Below, piece by piece: positions 51,197 to 61,850 of a stretch of 64,000 nt of DNA; the first letter of the stretch is position 1; each line of letters starts with the position of its first letter. This DNA comes from Pseudomonadota bacterium (GTDB taxonomy: Bacteria; Myxococcota; JACRCW01; JAFGSX01), in contig JBDRCO010000087.1 in the NCBI GenBank assembly GCA_043821645.1, positions 160,001 through 224,000 of the forward strand, given 5' to 3'. Position numbers and translations under genes: made by a program. Below the pieces are notes generated by a model that saw only the letters and a list, made by a program, of their open reading frames with translations, ran no database searches and had not been told where the DNA came from.

Positions 51197-52027
51197 ATGA
51201 CGCCGGATGACAAGAGCCTCGAGGCCCTGTTCAACGCCGCCGTGGCAGGCCAGGAGCGCCTGGAGAGCCCGGACAACGAAGACGCCGGCGCCGCCGAGAT
51301 TGCCTTCGACTCCGACGCGGAGGGCCCCGATGGCGTCGAGGAGATTGTGGTGCCTGCGGCCGACCAGGACCTCGGCGCTGGAGCTGCCGAGGACGGGCCG
51401 CCGGCGGCCGCGGAGACCTCTTCGAAGAAAAGCGCTGCGGACGCCATCACCGAGGCACTGATCAAGGCCAAGCAGGAGGCGGTGGAGGCTCTGCTGCAGA
51501 CCCAGGCCGAGGCCAAGAGTCTGCGCGACAGGTTGCTGCGCGTTTCTGCTGACTTCGAGAACTTCCGCAAGCGGACCCGCAAGCAACAGGACGAGATGCG
51601 CCAGTTTGCCGTCGAGGGCATGCTGCGCGAGCTGTTGCCCGTCCTCGATAACTTCGAGCGCGCGATCGAGCATGTACCCGCCGACAGTGAGGATCCTGTG
51701 GTGCAGGGCGTACGCATGGTCCAGCAGCAGCTGGTCGCCGTGATCGCCAAGGCCGGTGCCACGGGCTTCTCCGCACTCCAGCAAGGCTTCGATCCGGCAC
51801 GGCACGAGGCCGTGGAGCAGCTCGTCACCGACGAGCATCCTGCGGGCATGGTGGTGCGCGAGTATCAGAAGGGATACATGCTCCACGATCGCCTGTTGCG
51901 CCCTGCCATGGTCGTCGTGGCCATGCCTGCGACCCTGGCTCCGGCACCCGTGGCGAGCGCGGGCGATGCGGGCGACCCTGACGCAGATGGAGGCAATGGT
52001 TCCCGTGGCCCGGAGGGCGACGGTTGA
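51197..52027 (+). CDS. grpE: nucleotide exchange factor GrpE
   Basis: ADFENFRKR, LLPVLDNFERA, FDP..HEA, KGYMLHDRLLRPAMV. Confidence 0.96.
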   Translation: MTPDDKSLEALFNAAVAGQERLESPDNEDAGAAEIAFDSDAEGPDGVEEIVVPAADQDLGAGAAEDGPPAAAETSSKKSAADAITEALIKAKQEAVEALLQTQAEAKSLRDRLLRVSADFENFRKRTRKQQDEMRQFAVEGMLRELLPVLDNFERAIEHVPADSEDPVVQGVRMVQQQLVAVIAKAGATGFSALQQGFDPARHEAVEQLVTDEHPAGMVVREYQKGYMLHDRLLRPAMVVVAMPATLAPAPVASAGDAGDPDADGGNGSRGPEGDG

Positions 52028-52068
52028 GCGCGCGCCCGTGATACGAGCGCCGCGACGAGGTTGAATTC

Positions 52069-53901
52069 ATGGGGCGGATCATCGGGATCGATCTGGGAAC
52101 GACCAACTCCTGCGTCGCCATCCTCGAGGGTGGTGAGCCGGTCGTGATCCCCAACGCCGAGGGCGCGCGCACCACGCCGTCCATTGTCGCCATCACCGAC
52201 AGCGGCGAGCGCCTGGTCGGGCAGATCGCCAAGCGCCAGGCCATCACCAACCCCGACAACACCATCTACGCGGTCAAGCGCCTGATGGGCCGCAAGTTCG
52301 ACAGCAAGGAAGTCGACAAGTTCCGCAAGACGGCGCCCTACAAGATCATCGGCGCGGACAACGGCGACGCCTGGGTCGAGCTGCACGGCAAGAAGATGAG
52401 CCCGCCCGAGGTCAGCGCGATGATCCTGGGCAAGATGAAGCAGACCGCCGAGGACTACCTGGGAGAGGACATCACCCAGGCCGTGGTCACGGTGCCCGCC
52501 TACTTCAATGACAGCCAGCGCCAGGCGACCAAGGACGCGAGCAAGATCGCTGGCCTCGACGTGCAGCGCATCATCAACGAGCCCACCGCAGCCGCGCTGG
52601 CCTACGGTCTGGACGAGAAAGAGGCGCGCGTCGTCGCGGTCTACGACCTGGGCGGCGGCACCTTCGATATCTCCATCCTCGAGCTCAGCGAGGGCGTGTT
52701 CGAGGTCAAGGCCACCAATGGCGACACCTTCCTCGGTGGCGAGGATTTCGACCAGGCCATCATCAATCACCTGGCCGACGAGTTCCTGAGCACCCAGAAC
52801 ATCGACCTGCGGCGGGACAAGATGGAGCTACAGCGCCTCAAGGAAGCCGCCGAGAAGGCCAAGCACGAGCTGAGTTCGTCGCTGGAGACCGACATCAACC
52901 TGCCCTTCATCTGCGCCGATCAGACTGGCCCCAAGCACCTGACCCAAACCCTGACCCGCGCCAAGCTCGAGGAGCTCACGGAGCCACTCATCGAGCGCAC
53001 CATCGGCCCCTGCGAGATCGCCATCAAGGACGGCGGCGTCAAGCTCGGCGACATCGGTGAGGTCATCCTCGTGGGCGGCATGACGCGAATGCCGAGGGTG
53101 CAGGAACGGGTCAAGGAGTTCTTTGGCCGCGAGTCCCACAAGGGCGTCAACCCCGATGAGGTGGTGGCGGTGGGCGCCGCGGTGCAGGGAGCCGTGCTCA
53201 CCGGCGCCGTCAAGAATGTGCTCCTGCTGGACGTCACGCCGCTGAGCCTGGGTGTCGAGACCATGGGCGGCGTGATGACCAAGATCATCGAGAAAAACAC
53301 CACCATTCCTGGCAAGAAATCGATGGTGTTCTCCACTGCCGCGGACAACCAGCCGGCGGTGAGCGTGCACGTGCTGCAAGGTGAGCGCGAGATGGCTGCT
53401 GACAACAAAACCTTGGGCCGCTTCGAGCTGGTCGGCATCCCGCCGGCACCGCGCGGAGTGCCGCAGATCGAGGTCAGCTTCGACATCGACGCCAACGGTA
53501 TCGTGCACGTGTCCGCCAAGGACCTGGGCACCGGAAAGCAGCAGTCCATACGTATCGTGTCGTCGTCAGGTCTGAGCAAGGACGAGATCGATCGCATGAT
53601 CCGCGAGGCCGACAGCGCCAAGGACGTCGACAAGAAGAAGCGCCAGCTCGCGGATATCAAGAACAACGCCGAAGGTCTGATCTACACCACCGAGCGCAGC
53701 CTCGACGAGTACTCTCACGTGCTCACCGAGGACGACATCACCGAGATCCGCGAGGACCTGGAAAAGCTCAAGGCTGTGGTCGAGGGGCCTGACGGCGAGG
53801 CCATCAAGTCGGGGATCCTTCGACTCGAGCAAAGCTCGCACAAGATCGCCGAGGCCATGTACGCCGAGGCCGCGTCCGCACTCGACGAAGAGGATCTGTA
53901 A
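52069..53901 (+). CDS. dnaK: chaperone DnaK
   Basis: [32 protein letters not shown]. Confidence 0.98.
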   Translation: MGRIIGIDLGTTNSCVAILEGGEPVVIPNAEGARTTPSIVAITDSGERLVGQIAKRQAITNPDNTIYAVKRLMGRKFDSKEVDKFRKTAPYKIIGADNGDAWVELHGKKMSPPEVSAMILGKMKQTAEDYLGEDITQAVVTVPAYFNDSQRQATKDASKIAGLDVQRIINEPTAAALAYGLDEKEARVVAVYDLGGGTFDISILELSEGVFEVKATNGDTFLGGEDFDQAIINHLADEFLSTQNIDLRRDKMELQRLKEAAEKAKHELSSSLETDINLPFICADQTGPKHLTQTLTRAKLEELTEPLIERTIGPCEIAIKDGGVKLGDIGEVILVGGMTRMPRVQERVKEFFGRESHKGVNPDEVVAVGAAVQGAVLTGAVKNVLLLDVTPLSLGVETMGGVMTKIIEKNTTIPGKKSMVFSTAADNQPAVSVHVLQGEREMAADNKTLGRFELVGIPPAPRGVPQIEVSFDIDANGIVHVSAKDLGTGKQQSIRIVSSSGLSKDEIDRMIREADSAKDVDKKKRQLADIKNNAEGLIYTTERSLDEYSHVLTEDDITEIREDLEKLKAVVEGPDGEAIKSGILRLEQSSHKIAEAMYAEAASALDEEDL

Positions 53902-53904
53902 GCC

Positions 53905-54603
53905 GTGCTCGGCCTGCCACTTCTCCTCGTCGCCGGCCAGCTGCTGGTGCCTCCCTCGGACCCACCGAGTAGCATGCCTGCGCCGCAGAGCGTCGGCAGT
54001 GCCCAGCCCGAGGAGGGTGCGCGTCCTGCCGCCGTAGAACAGCCTGCCGCGGCGGACTCCGTCGAGGAGAACGGTCCCACGTCGCTGCAAGCGGATCCTG
54101 CTGTGGCGTCTGAGCCGGAGACTCCTGATGCGGAAAACTCGCCATCCGTTTCCGGAATGGAAGAGGAGACCGGCATCGACCCCTTGACGGAGCCTCCCGC
54201 GGCGAGCAGCGGAGATCCGGCAGGGACCGACCCGTCCCCGGCCCTGGTTCTCCGCAGCCCCTGCGAAGCCACCGAGACTGCCCGGGCGCTGCGCTATGGA
54301 GGGCTGGGTGTCGGTGCCGTCAGCCTGCTCGGAGCCGTCGCCTTTGCCGGGATCTCGCTGTACGAGCGGTTCCAGGCCCAGGAACTGCTCGATCATTCCC
54401 CTGCCTTTGGCAAGATTGGCGACCGCTATGTGCAGCGGGATCCCGCTCATCCGGACGTGGCGGCCTACGACGGCCACAGGGCAACGTCGAGCATCCTGTC
54501 GCAACTGTCCTGGTTTGCCCTGGGTTTGAGCCTGGCCGGCGCCGGGGTCACGGGGGCCGCGTTTCTTCTGGGTGAACAGGCCGACGCCTGCCACGCGAGC
54601 TGA
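53905..54603 (+). CDS. hypothetical membrane protein between dnaK and dnaJ
   Basis: Acidic Pro-rich N-half followed by two hydrophobic helices. Confidence 0.55.
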   Translation: MLGLPLLLVAGQLLVPPSDPPSSMPAPQSVGSAQPEEGARPAAVEQPAAADSVEENGPTSLQADPAVASEPETPDAENSPSVSGMEEETGIDPLTEPPAASSGDPAGTDPSPALVLRSPCEATETARALRYGGLGVGAVSLLGAVAFAGISLYERFQAQELLDHSPAFGKIGDRYVQRDPAHPDVAAYDGHRATSSILSQLSWFALGLSLAGAGVTGAAFLLGEQADACHAS

Positions 54604-54740
54604 GCCGGATGACGCGCCGTCACCGGTTTGAGCGACCTGGGCTTGTCGGCAGCGACCTGCGTGGCTACCTTGAGCGCGCGGCGCGAGCGGTGTGCTGTGC
54701 CCGCCCACTCATCGCCTGAGCGCACATCGAGTCTGCTGAC

Positions 54741-55871
54741 ATGAGCCAAGACAAGCGTGACTACTACGAGGTTCTCGGTGTCGATCGCGGCGCCGACGAC
54801 AAGACGATCAAGAGTGCCTACCGCAAGCTGGCGCTGCAGCATCACCCGGACAAGAATCCTGGTGACAAGGACGCCGAGGAGAAGTTCAAGGAGGCCAGCG
54901 AGGCCTACGCCGTGCTCTCCGACGCCGAAAAGCGCGCGACCTTCGACCGCTTTGGCCACCAGGGCCTGGGGGGGCAGGGTTTTGACCCCTTCGCCGGCTT
55001 CGGTTTCGGCGCCGGGGGGATAGGTGATCTGTTCAGCGAGGTGTTTGGCGAGTTTCTTGGCGGCGGACGTGGCCGGGGGCGGCGCGGGCGAGGGTCCCGC
55101 GGTTCTGACCTGCGCTACAACCTGAGCTTGAGCTTCGAGGAGGCGGCCTTTGGCGTCACCAAGGAGATCCGCTATCCACGCCAGGAGCCCTGCGAGACCT
55201 GCGCCGGCAGTGGTGCGAAGCCCGGGACCGGTCCCACCACATGCCGCTCCTGCGGCGGTGCGGGCGAGGTCAGGCTGACCCAGGGATTCTTCACGGTGGC
55301 GAGACCGTGCACGAGTTGCAGTGGCAGAGGTCAGGTCATCCAGGATCCCTGCACGAGCTGCGCGGGCCGCGGTCTGGTCGACCACGAACACGAGGTCTCC
55401 ATCGAGGTTCCCGCCGGGGTCGACGAGGGAAACCGTATCCGCCACCCCGGCGAGGGCGAGCCGGGCATGCACGGCGGTCCTCCGGGAGACCTCTACGTCG
55501 TCCTGCACATCGAGGCCCATCCTCTGTTTGTGCGTGACGAGGTGGATGTCATCTGCGAGCTGCCCCTGAGCATCACCCAGGCCGCCCTGGGCGCCAGGCT
55601 CCAGGTGCCTACCCTCGATGGCAAGGTCGAGCTCAAGATCCCCGAGGGGACACAGACGGGCAAGGTGTTCCGGCTCCGCGGCAAGGGCATTCCGGTGCTG
55701 CAGCGCCAGGGCCGTGGGGACCAGCTGGTGCGCGTGGTGGTGGAGACCCCCACCAACCTCAGCGACGAGCAGCGCGAGTTGCTCGGGCGCTTCGCGGAGC
55801 TCGCAGGCGAGAACAGCGCGCCCCGCAGCAAGGGCTTCTTCGACAAGGTGCGCGAACTGTTTGACGCGTAG
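54741..55871 (+). CDS. dnaJ: chaperone DnaJ
   Basis: HPD, G/F region, four CxxCxGxG repeats. Confidence 0.97.
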   Translation: MSQDKRDYYEVLGVDRGADDKTIKSAYRKLALQHHPDKNPGDKDAEEKFKEASEAYAVLSDAEKRATFDRFGHQGLGGQGFDPFAGFGFGAGGIGDLFSEVFGEFLGGGRGRGRRGRGSRGSDLRYNLSLSFEEAAFGVTKEIRYPRQEPCETCAGSGAKPGTGPTTCRSCGGAGEVRLTQGFFTVARPCTSCSGRGQVIQDPCTSCAGRGLVDHEHEVSIEVPAGVDEGNRIRHPGEGEPGMHGGPPGDLYVVLHIEAHPLFVRDEVDVICELPLSITQAALGARLQVPTLDGKVELKIPEGTQTGKVFRLRGKGIPVLQRQGRGDQLVRVVVETPTNLSDEQRELLGRFAELAGENSAPRSKGFFDKVRELFDA

Positions 55872-55992
55872 AGCGGTACTCCGGACCGAGCCGAGGTCGC
55901 CCCTTCCAGCGCCGAGCGCTGCTTCGCCTGACCGCGGCCACGTTGCATAGATCTCGCAGGGTCCCTTAAGATGCGCCCATTCGTCGACGACG

Positions 55993-56433
55993 ATGTCGCA
56001 GGAGGACTTCGTGAACGCGCGCGAATTTGAGTCTGCCTACAAGGACCTGCTCCGCGATTACGAGCACGCCGGCGAGAACCCCATGAGTTACGGGGTCACC
56101 GACTGCAAGCACTGCGCATCCTGTCACTTTTGCCGCGACTGTGAGGCCTGCTACCGGTGCACCCACTGTGTGAGCCTGCTCGGCTGCTCCCACTGCACGC
56201 GGTGCCAGGGGTGTCAGAACTGCCACGGCAGCGCCTACTGCATCGACTCCACCAACTGCAGTGGATCGAAATATCTGATTCGCTGCGAGGCCTGCTCGGA
56301 CTGCACCTATTGCTTCGGCAGCGTCGGGTTGACCAAGAAGGACTTTCACATCCTCAACCAGCCCTACGCCCGCTCGGCCTACTTCGAACTCACTGGTGCG
56401 CTGCAGAAGGCCCTGGGAATCAAGGCTCTGTAG
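55993..56433 (+). CDS. Cys-rich repeat protein
   Basis: Long run of Cys every third residue; C-terminal HILNQPY. Confidence 0.75.
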   Translation: MSQEDFVNAREFESAYKDLLRDYEHAGENPMSYGVTDCKHCASCHFCRDCEACYRCTHCVSLLGCSHCTRCQGCQNCHGSAYCIDSTNCSGSKYLIRCEACSDCTYCFGSVGLTKKDFHILNQPYARSAYFELTGALQKALGIKAL

Positions 56434-56503
56434 TCCACAAGCGGCGGTCCTGTCCCGCTGTGCTAGGATCCCTCGCATGTCATGCATGCACGAGGAGATG
56501 ACC

Positions 56504-57130
56504 ATGAGAATCATGACCGCGCTGTTGATGGGCTGCCTGTCCCTTGGCCTGCTCGCGTGCCCGGTGGGGCCCACCGGACCTGGCGATGCCAGCACCCTCG
56601 ATGGCGGTAGCCCGCGCGATGGCTCCAGCGCCGATTCTACCGGCCGCGACACCACGGCCCGGGACAGCTCGGTCCGGGATTCCAACAGTACCGATGGTCG
56701 CCTGAACTTCGATGCCAGCGGCTTCGACCTGGCCGCTTTTGACATCGTGGACTACGACGTGGGCTTGATGGAGTACGACGGCATCGAGGAGCCCGGCGTG
56801 ATGTGCGCGTCCGCGGCCTGTGCCGTGGGAGTCAACTGCTGTGCAGGGCTGGGCACGACCTGCGATCCAGGGACCGGTTGCGGCATGCTGACCATCCCCG
56901 TGCCCTGCGATGGACCGGAGGATTGCGATGCCAACCAGGTGTGCTGCGTCAACGGCACGAGCATGTCGGACTACAGCATCACCTGCGTCGCCGAAGGGGC
57001 CTGTGGCGGGACGCGGGTGTGCACCACTTCCGCCGAGTGCGGCGCCGGCAGCCTGTGCTGCAGCGCGCAACTGCTGATCACGCTCGGGCTCGACCTGGGC
57101 TGGTGCGAGGCGGATCACTGCGGCAACTGA
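56504..57130 (+). CDS. Cys-rich lipoprotein
   Basis: Lipobox LLAC; D/S linker; CDGPEDC..VCC modules; GAGGAG RBS. Confidence 0.7.
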   Translation: MRIMTALLMGCLSLGLLACPVGPTGPGDASTLDGGSPRDGSSADSTGRDTTARDSSVRDSNSTDGRLNFDASGFDLAAFDIVDYDVGLMEYDGIEEPGVMCASAACAVGVNCCAGLGTTCDPGTGCGMLTIPVPCDGPEDCDANQVCCVNGTSMSDYSITCVAEGACGGTRVCTTSAECGAGSLCCSAQLLITLGLDLGWCEADHCGN

Positions 57131-57161
57131 CGGCCGTCGCAGCCCTGCCGGGCCTGCGCGC

Positions 57162-57395
57162 TCAAGGCTCCTTGCGAACCGGCGGCAGTGGCACCGGGTC
57201 AAAACCCCCTTCGTGAAACGGATGGCAGCGCAGCAGGCGCTTCAGGGCAAGCCAGCCGCCACGTACAGGTCCGTGTCTCTGCAGGGCTTCGATGGCGTAG
57301 GCGCTGCAGGTCGGTGTGTAGCGGCACGAGGGCGGCAGCCAGGGTGAGATCGCCACCTGGTACAGACGCACCAGCCCGATGAGAAGTGTGCGCAC
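57162..57395 (-). CDS. yidD: membrane protein insertion efficiency factor YidD
   Basis: [32 protein letters not shown]. Confidence 0.93.
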   Translation of the reverse strand: MRTLLIGLVRLYQVAISPWLPPSCRYTPTCSAYAIEALQRHGPVRGGWLALKRLLRCHPFHEGGFDPVPLPPVRKEP

Positions 57396-57556
57396 AGCTC
57401 TCCTGTAGCGCGGGGATGCGCACCTGTGCAACGGACGGCCGTTTTTTTGCCATGTCCCTTCGCACACCTTAAGGTGGGAGCGGGTGCTCGCATCACGCAG
57501 GCCGGCCACGGCTGGCGGCAATCTGCAGCGAAGTGCGACACCGTGCGAGGCTCGGT

Positions 57557-57898
57557 ATGAAGTGGCTGCTCATGGGCATCGTCGCCGCGGGGGTGGTGGT
57601 GGGTGCGGGCCTGGCCGGGGGCCTGGATGGAGTCGCCGATCGCGCGGGCGATCGCGCCGTGGAGCTGTATCGCAGGCTGGCCGCGAGCTCGCTGCTGGCA
57701 CCCTCGCCCCCGGAGCGCACTCCGCCTCCCGCACGCCCTGTGCCTGCACGCGCCGTGGTTTCAGCGGCCGAGACAGCCCCGCAGGCGACCCCGACCCCGC
57801 GGATCGCCCGCCGTCCCGACGGTGCACCCGGCGAGACCCTCACCGAGGCAGACCGCGACCGCCTCAACCAGATCATCGAGGCCCGGCTCAAGCGCTGA
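57557..57898 (+). CDS. hypothetical membrane-anchored protein
   Basis: N-terminal TM, Pro-rich linker, [15 protein letters not shown]. Confidence 0.55.
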   Translation: MKWLLMGIVAAGVVVGAGLAGGLDGVADRAGDRAVELYRRLAASSLLAPSPPERTPPPARPVPARAVVSAAETAPQATPTPRIARRPDGAPGETLTEADRDRLNQIIEARLKR

Positions 57899-57957
57899 CC
57901 TGGCCACCTCGCGGGGTCGTGGTTTGCGGCCGCGCCCAAAACGAATAACATCGCCGC

Positions 57958-58611
57958 ATGCCGTCTCGTTTCGTGCCCCCGCAATCGCTTCGCTTCGTGG
58001 CCGAGGAGGTCCCCTCCTTCATCAAGGCCCGCACGCATCATCGCAAGGCCGACGACCTGGGTGCGCCCCACGAGGTCTTTCTCGAGCGCTGGAAGGGTTT
58101 CGAATTTCTGTACAGCGACGTCGCACCCATGACTCGGAAGCACGATGCCGCCGTGTTCGCGCGCGACGCCGGTGCGGTCGAGGTGATGACAGCGTGCCTG
58201 GCTCAACTCTCGAGACCGCGTCTCGACCAGATCTTGTCGTCGGCAGACATCCCCGAGCTCAACGTGGTGCTGTCGCGCAAGAACAAGAACGCGCTCATCG
58301 GCCAGAACGGTCTGCTCAAGGAGCTGGGTGTCGACCTGCCACACTGGCTCACGGCGCAGAAGGACCTGCGCTTCGCCCTCAAGGCCAATACCCAGAAGGG
58401 GCTGCATGCGATCTGCACGCTGCTGCTGGTCGTGCGCGCCGCCTGTGACCCCAAGGTGCCCAAGACCGACAACCTGGTCAAGGACGCCGCGGCCCTGGCA
58501 CCGGCCAATCGTCTGCTCAAGGACTGCGTGGTGCACCTCGTCGAACACTTTCAAAAAGAAGCTGATCGCTTTCACGAGCCCGCCTTTCGCGGACCCCCCC
58601 GCAAGGTCTGA
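57958..58611 (+). CDS. hypothetical protein
   Basis: Protein-like composition and codon usage; no recognised motif. Confidence 0.65.
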   Translation: MPSRFVPPQSLRFVAEEVPSFIKARTHHRKADDLGAPHEVFLERWKGFEFLYSDVAPMTRKHDAAVFARDAGAVEVMTACLAQLSRPRLDQILSSADIPELNVVLSRKNKNALIGQNGLLKELGVDLPHWLTAQKDLRFALKANTQKGLHAICTLLLVVRAACDPKVPKTDNLVKDAAALAPANRLLKDCVVHLVEHFQKEADRFHEPAFRGPPRKV

Positions 58612-58637
58612 GCGACGGTCAGCTTCGAGGACCTGCC

Positions 58638-59138
58638 ATGACAATGGACAAAGCCTTGCACAGTGCGGCCACCAGCCTGGCGGACCAGATGGCCGAGATC
58701 ATCGATGCGCACACCTTCGAGCCCGAGCTGGGCCGCGTGTGGGCGGTGCTGCTGCTGACGGAGAAGGGGCAGACCGCCGACGAGGTGGCGACCATCCTCG
58801 GCGAGGACCCGGACACCGTGGACCAGGCCATGGAGCAGCTCGTCGAGCTGGGTGCGGCTCGCGGCAAGGGCGAGCGCTACAGTGCGGTGATCGATCCGCT
58901 GCAGGTGGCCGCCAGCTTCGTCAAGGCCAAGGAGTTGCCCCTGATCGGGCAGGTCGAGGACGCCTTGCTCTTTGCGCGCGATCGCCTGGCCAAGAGTTCC
59001 GACGCGCAGGCGGCGCTGGCCCGGACACGGGTCGAGGATCTGGCGCGCCAGGTGACCCTGATCAAGCGGCTCCTGCAGGCTGTGGCGTCGAGCGGTAGCC
59101 TCGAGCTGGACAAGCTGCTGCGGGCCCTGGGCAGCTGA
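58638..59138 (+). CDS. GbsR/MarR-like winged-helix regulator
   Basis: GRVWAVLLL..QTADEVATILG..VDQAMEQLVELG. Confidence 0.65.
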   Translation: MTMDKALHSAATSLADQMAEIIDAHTFEPELGRVWAVLLLTEKGQTADEVATILGEDPDTVDQAMEQLVELGAARGKGERYSAVIDPLQVAASFVKAKELPLIGQVEDALLFARDRLAKSSDAQAALARTRVEDLARQVTLIKRLLQAVASSGSLELDKLLRALGS

Positions 59139-59197
59139 CACGGACCTCCCCGGGGTCCGGGGCGGCACCTCGAATCGCGACCGGCGAGCGGGTGTGT

Positions 59198-59977
59198 TCA
59201 GGACGCCTCAGGGCTGGCGTGGCGACGAAGGAAGTCGAGCACCTGCGCCACGGCCAGGTCGCGCTCCACATCGAGCAAGATCAGGTGGCGGCTACGTGGC
59301 AACAGGTAGCGCTCGACCACGCGTGCACCCAGCGCCGAGGCCACGCGCGCGCCGACCCGGGCCGGGATCGTGCGGTCACGGGCTCCGTGCATGACCAGCG
59401 TCGGCATGCGCACCCTGCCTTGTGCTCGACGGAAGCGTCGGGCCAGCTGGTCCAGGGCGAGCAGTCCGCGCGTCGGGTGCACGCCGTAGCACGGATTGCG
59501 GCGGCGTCCCTCGGGATCTCCGCAGTCACCGCCCTTTGCCACCTTCGGCAGCATGGGCAGGGCGCGCCACAGCCCTGCGCGCACCGCCACAAGACCGGCC
59601 TCGCCCCAGGGAGCCAGGCGTGCTGCGGGCGAGAGCAAGACCAGGGCCCGCACGCGCACAGCCTGCTCCTCGGCAAGCAGGCCTGCGACCAGCGAACCCA
59701 TGGAGAAACCGACCAGCACCAGGGGCCCCGTGATGGTGTCCAGGACGCGGCGGGCGCCGTCGAGCACCTGGTCGGCACTGGCTGCCGCCAGATCCTCGGG
59801 TCGAGCCCCGTGGCCTGCGAGCACAGGCCCGATGGCACGCCAACCGCCAGCGGCCAGCGCCAGGCCCAGGGGGCGGACCTCGTAGGGGGAACCCGTGAAG
59901 CCGTGAAAGAGCACCACGGTGGGAGAGCCCGTGCCCAGGTCAAAGGGCGCCGGCGTGCTGGGGGGGAGGGGCATCAT
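59198..59977 (-). CDS. carboxylesterase (alpha/beta hydrolase)
   Basis: HGFTGSP, GHG, GFSMG, HGARD, SRH. Confidence 0.88.
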   Translation of the reverse strand: MMPLPPSTPAPFDLGTGSPTVVLFHGFTGSPYEVRPLGLALAAGGWRAIGPVLAGHGARPEDLAAASADQVLDGARRVLDTITGPLVLVGFSMGSLVAGLLAEEQAVRVRALVLLSPAARLAPWGEAGLVAVRAGLWRALPMLPKVAKGGDCGDPEGRRRNPCYGVHPTRGLLALDQLARRFRRAQGRVRMPTLVMHGARDRTIPARVGARVASALGARVVERYLLPRSRHLILLDVERDLAVAQVLDFLRRHASPEAS

Positions 59978-60100
59978 GGTTGCAGCATAGCGCCGGTGTC
60001 GTCCGGGACAAGTCACGGCGCGTCGGGTTGCACCGTCGGTGGGTCTTGCCGGAGGGCGCGGCAGGGGGTAGCTTTCGCAGGTGAAACGGGAGCACGCGCC

Positions 60101-60718
60101 ATGAGCCATGCATCGACTTCTCTCCACTCTACCGCTTACGTCTCGCCCCTGCCCGTGCACGGAGCACGCAGTGTCAAGCAGCTCCATCACGATATGACGC
60201 CCGCAGACAGGGCGTACCTGCTCGAGGCTCTGCGCGGCCTGGGGATCACCTTCAAGCACTTCTTCGTGAATCTTGGCCGCCTGCTGGCGCGTCAGCCCAT
60301 CGAGACCGTGTCCTATCCCGACGTCAAGCGAGCCTATCCCGAGCGCTTCCGTGGCCAGCACCGCTTGCTCAAGCGCGAGGATGGATCGCCGCGCTGCGTG
60401 GCCTGCTTCATGTGTGCTACGGCCTGCCCGGCCTATGCCATCCGCATCGTCGCCACCGAGCGCGAGGGCTCGACCGAGAAGATGCCCGACGTGTTCGAGA
60501 TCGACGAGCTGCGCTGTGTCGACTGTGGCCTCTGCGTCGACGCGTGCCCCTGTGACGCCATCCGCATGGACACCGGCATACACCCGGCGCCCTCCCTCTC
60601 GCGCGAGGCCACCCTGATCACCAAGACGGATCTGCTGAAGTACCGCGGTCTCGACGACGGCACGCTACCCAGGACCGCGCGCACGGGCGAGCGGACCGCC
60701 GCGGGGCATCACGCATGA
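60101..60718 (+). CDS. nuoI: NADH-quinone oxidoreductase subunit I
   Basis: SYPD..RFRGQH, CVACFMCATACP, CVDCGLCVDACP. Confidence 0.9.
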   Translation: MSHASTSLHSTAYVSPLPVHGARSVKQLHHDMTPADRAYLLEALRGLGITFKHFFVNLGRLLARQPIETVSYPDVKRAYPERFRGQHRLLKREDGSPRCVACFMCATACPAYAIRIVATEREGSTEKMPDVFEIDELRCVDCGLCVDACPCDAIRMDTGIHPAPSLSREATLITKTDLLKYRGLDDGTLPRTARTGERTAAGHHA

Positions 60719-61344
60719 ACGCGCGACAGCTCGTCACGCTTGTAGGTCTGCTGGCGCTTGGGTCCTGTCAGTGCGCCAAGAAGGACGCGGCCCCAGAGCC
60801 TGCGACCGCGTCAGCGCCGTCGGTGGACCCGCGTGAACGCGCGCGCCGCGATGCGCCCGTCGACGCTCCCGGCATCAAGCTGGCCCCTATCCCTGACGCT
60901 CCCTTGACCGCGGAGGATACCGCCACGTGCCTGGTGGACCCGGATCCCATGGCCCAGGCCTCCTGCCTGGGAGCGCTGGCCCAGCGCCATCGCGATCCGC
61001 GCTACTGTGGTGCCATCGTCGAGCTGACCCGGAAGACGGGGGAGAGTGCCCCCCCCCTGCTCAAGAGCGGCGCCGCAGGCAACGCCTGTCGCCGCACCAT
61101 CGCCTTCATGCGCGATGACGCGGCGCTCTGCGCCAGCATCGAACAGGCGGCGATGGCGGGGAGCTGCCTGTCCTACTTTGCGATGAAGCGCCGGGATCCG
61201 GCGGTATGCGATCTGGGCCCGGGCGAGGCGGGCATGACCTGCTACCTCAACGAGGCGGCCCGCACCCGCGACGCGGCGCTGTGCGACAAGACCGGCCAGT
61301 TCAAGGAGGACTGCCACAAGCGCCTGGGGCCGGCCACGCCCTGA
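60715..61344 (+). CDS. Cys-repeat lipoprotein
   Basis: Lipobox LGSC; repeated C..(A)..RD..LC units. Confidence 0.7.
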   Translation: MNARQLVTLVGLLALGSCQCAKKDAAPEPATASAPSVDPRERARRDAPVDAPGIKLAPIPDAPLTAEDTATCLVDPDPMAQASCLGALAQRHRDPRYCGAIVELTRKTGESAPPLLKSGAAGNACRRTIAFMRDDAALCASIEQAAMAGSCLSYFAMKRRDPAVCDLGPGEAGMTCYLNEAARTRDAALCDKTGQFKEDCHKRLGPATP

Positions 61345-61447
61345 GCGCGCGCGTCGTCGAACTAAAGATCGTGCGTCGACGGCACCACAAGCGTTTTCTC
61401 GTTGACGCCGCAGTGCGGCTTTGACACAAGGCGGGGTCCACGGACTA

Positions 61448-61522
61448 CGGGGTGTAGCTCAGTCTGGTTAGAGCGCATGGTTCGGGACCATGAGGCCGGA
61501 GGTTCGAATCCTCTCACCCCGA
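61448..61522 (+). tRNA. tRNA-Pro (anticodon CGG), CCA not encoded
   Basis: Acceptor CGGGGTG/CACCCCG, D arm AGCTCAGTCTGGTTAGAGC, anticodon arm CATGG-TTCGGGA-CCATG, T loop GGTTCGAATCC. Confidence 0.96.
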
Positions 61523-61538
61523 TCGTTTTTTATCTGAG

Positions 61539-61717
61539 GGGGCGTCGGGCGCCCCCTCCCCGTCGAGAGTGAATCTCGACGGGACCCCACCCTGCCAGCA
61601 CCGTCACGTCATCTCGCTCCTTGCGTCGCTCGATGCTGTTGGTTTTTTTGTCAGGGGCGTCGGGCGCCCCCTCCCCGTCGAGAGTGAATCTCGACGGGAC
61701 CCCACCCTGCCAGCACC
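61539..61717. repeat. two identical 64-bp direct repeats (61539-61602, 61654-61717), each with two hairpins
   Basis: GGGGCG-TCGGG-CGCCCC and CCCGTCGAGA-GTGAA-TCTCGACGGG in both copies. Confidence 0.9.
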
Positions 61718-61850
61718 ATCCCGGTCATCTCGCTCCGACCTTGCACGGTTCTCGCCGAGGCCACGAGCTTGTCTTGGATCTTGGCCCCCCCCGCACAGAG
61801 GGAGGGTCGACGCGCTGGCAGCGTTGCGCCGCTTCGGCGATACTGCGCAC

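Noticed and set aside
61539-61717. Possible mini CRISPR array or prophage att site next to the tRNA
   Set aside because: Only two 64-bp units with partly similar spacers, no cas or integrase genes, and the repeat does not duplicate the tRNA 3' end.
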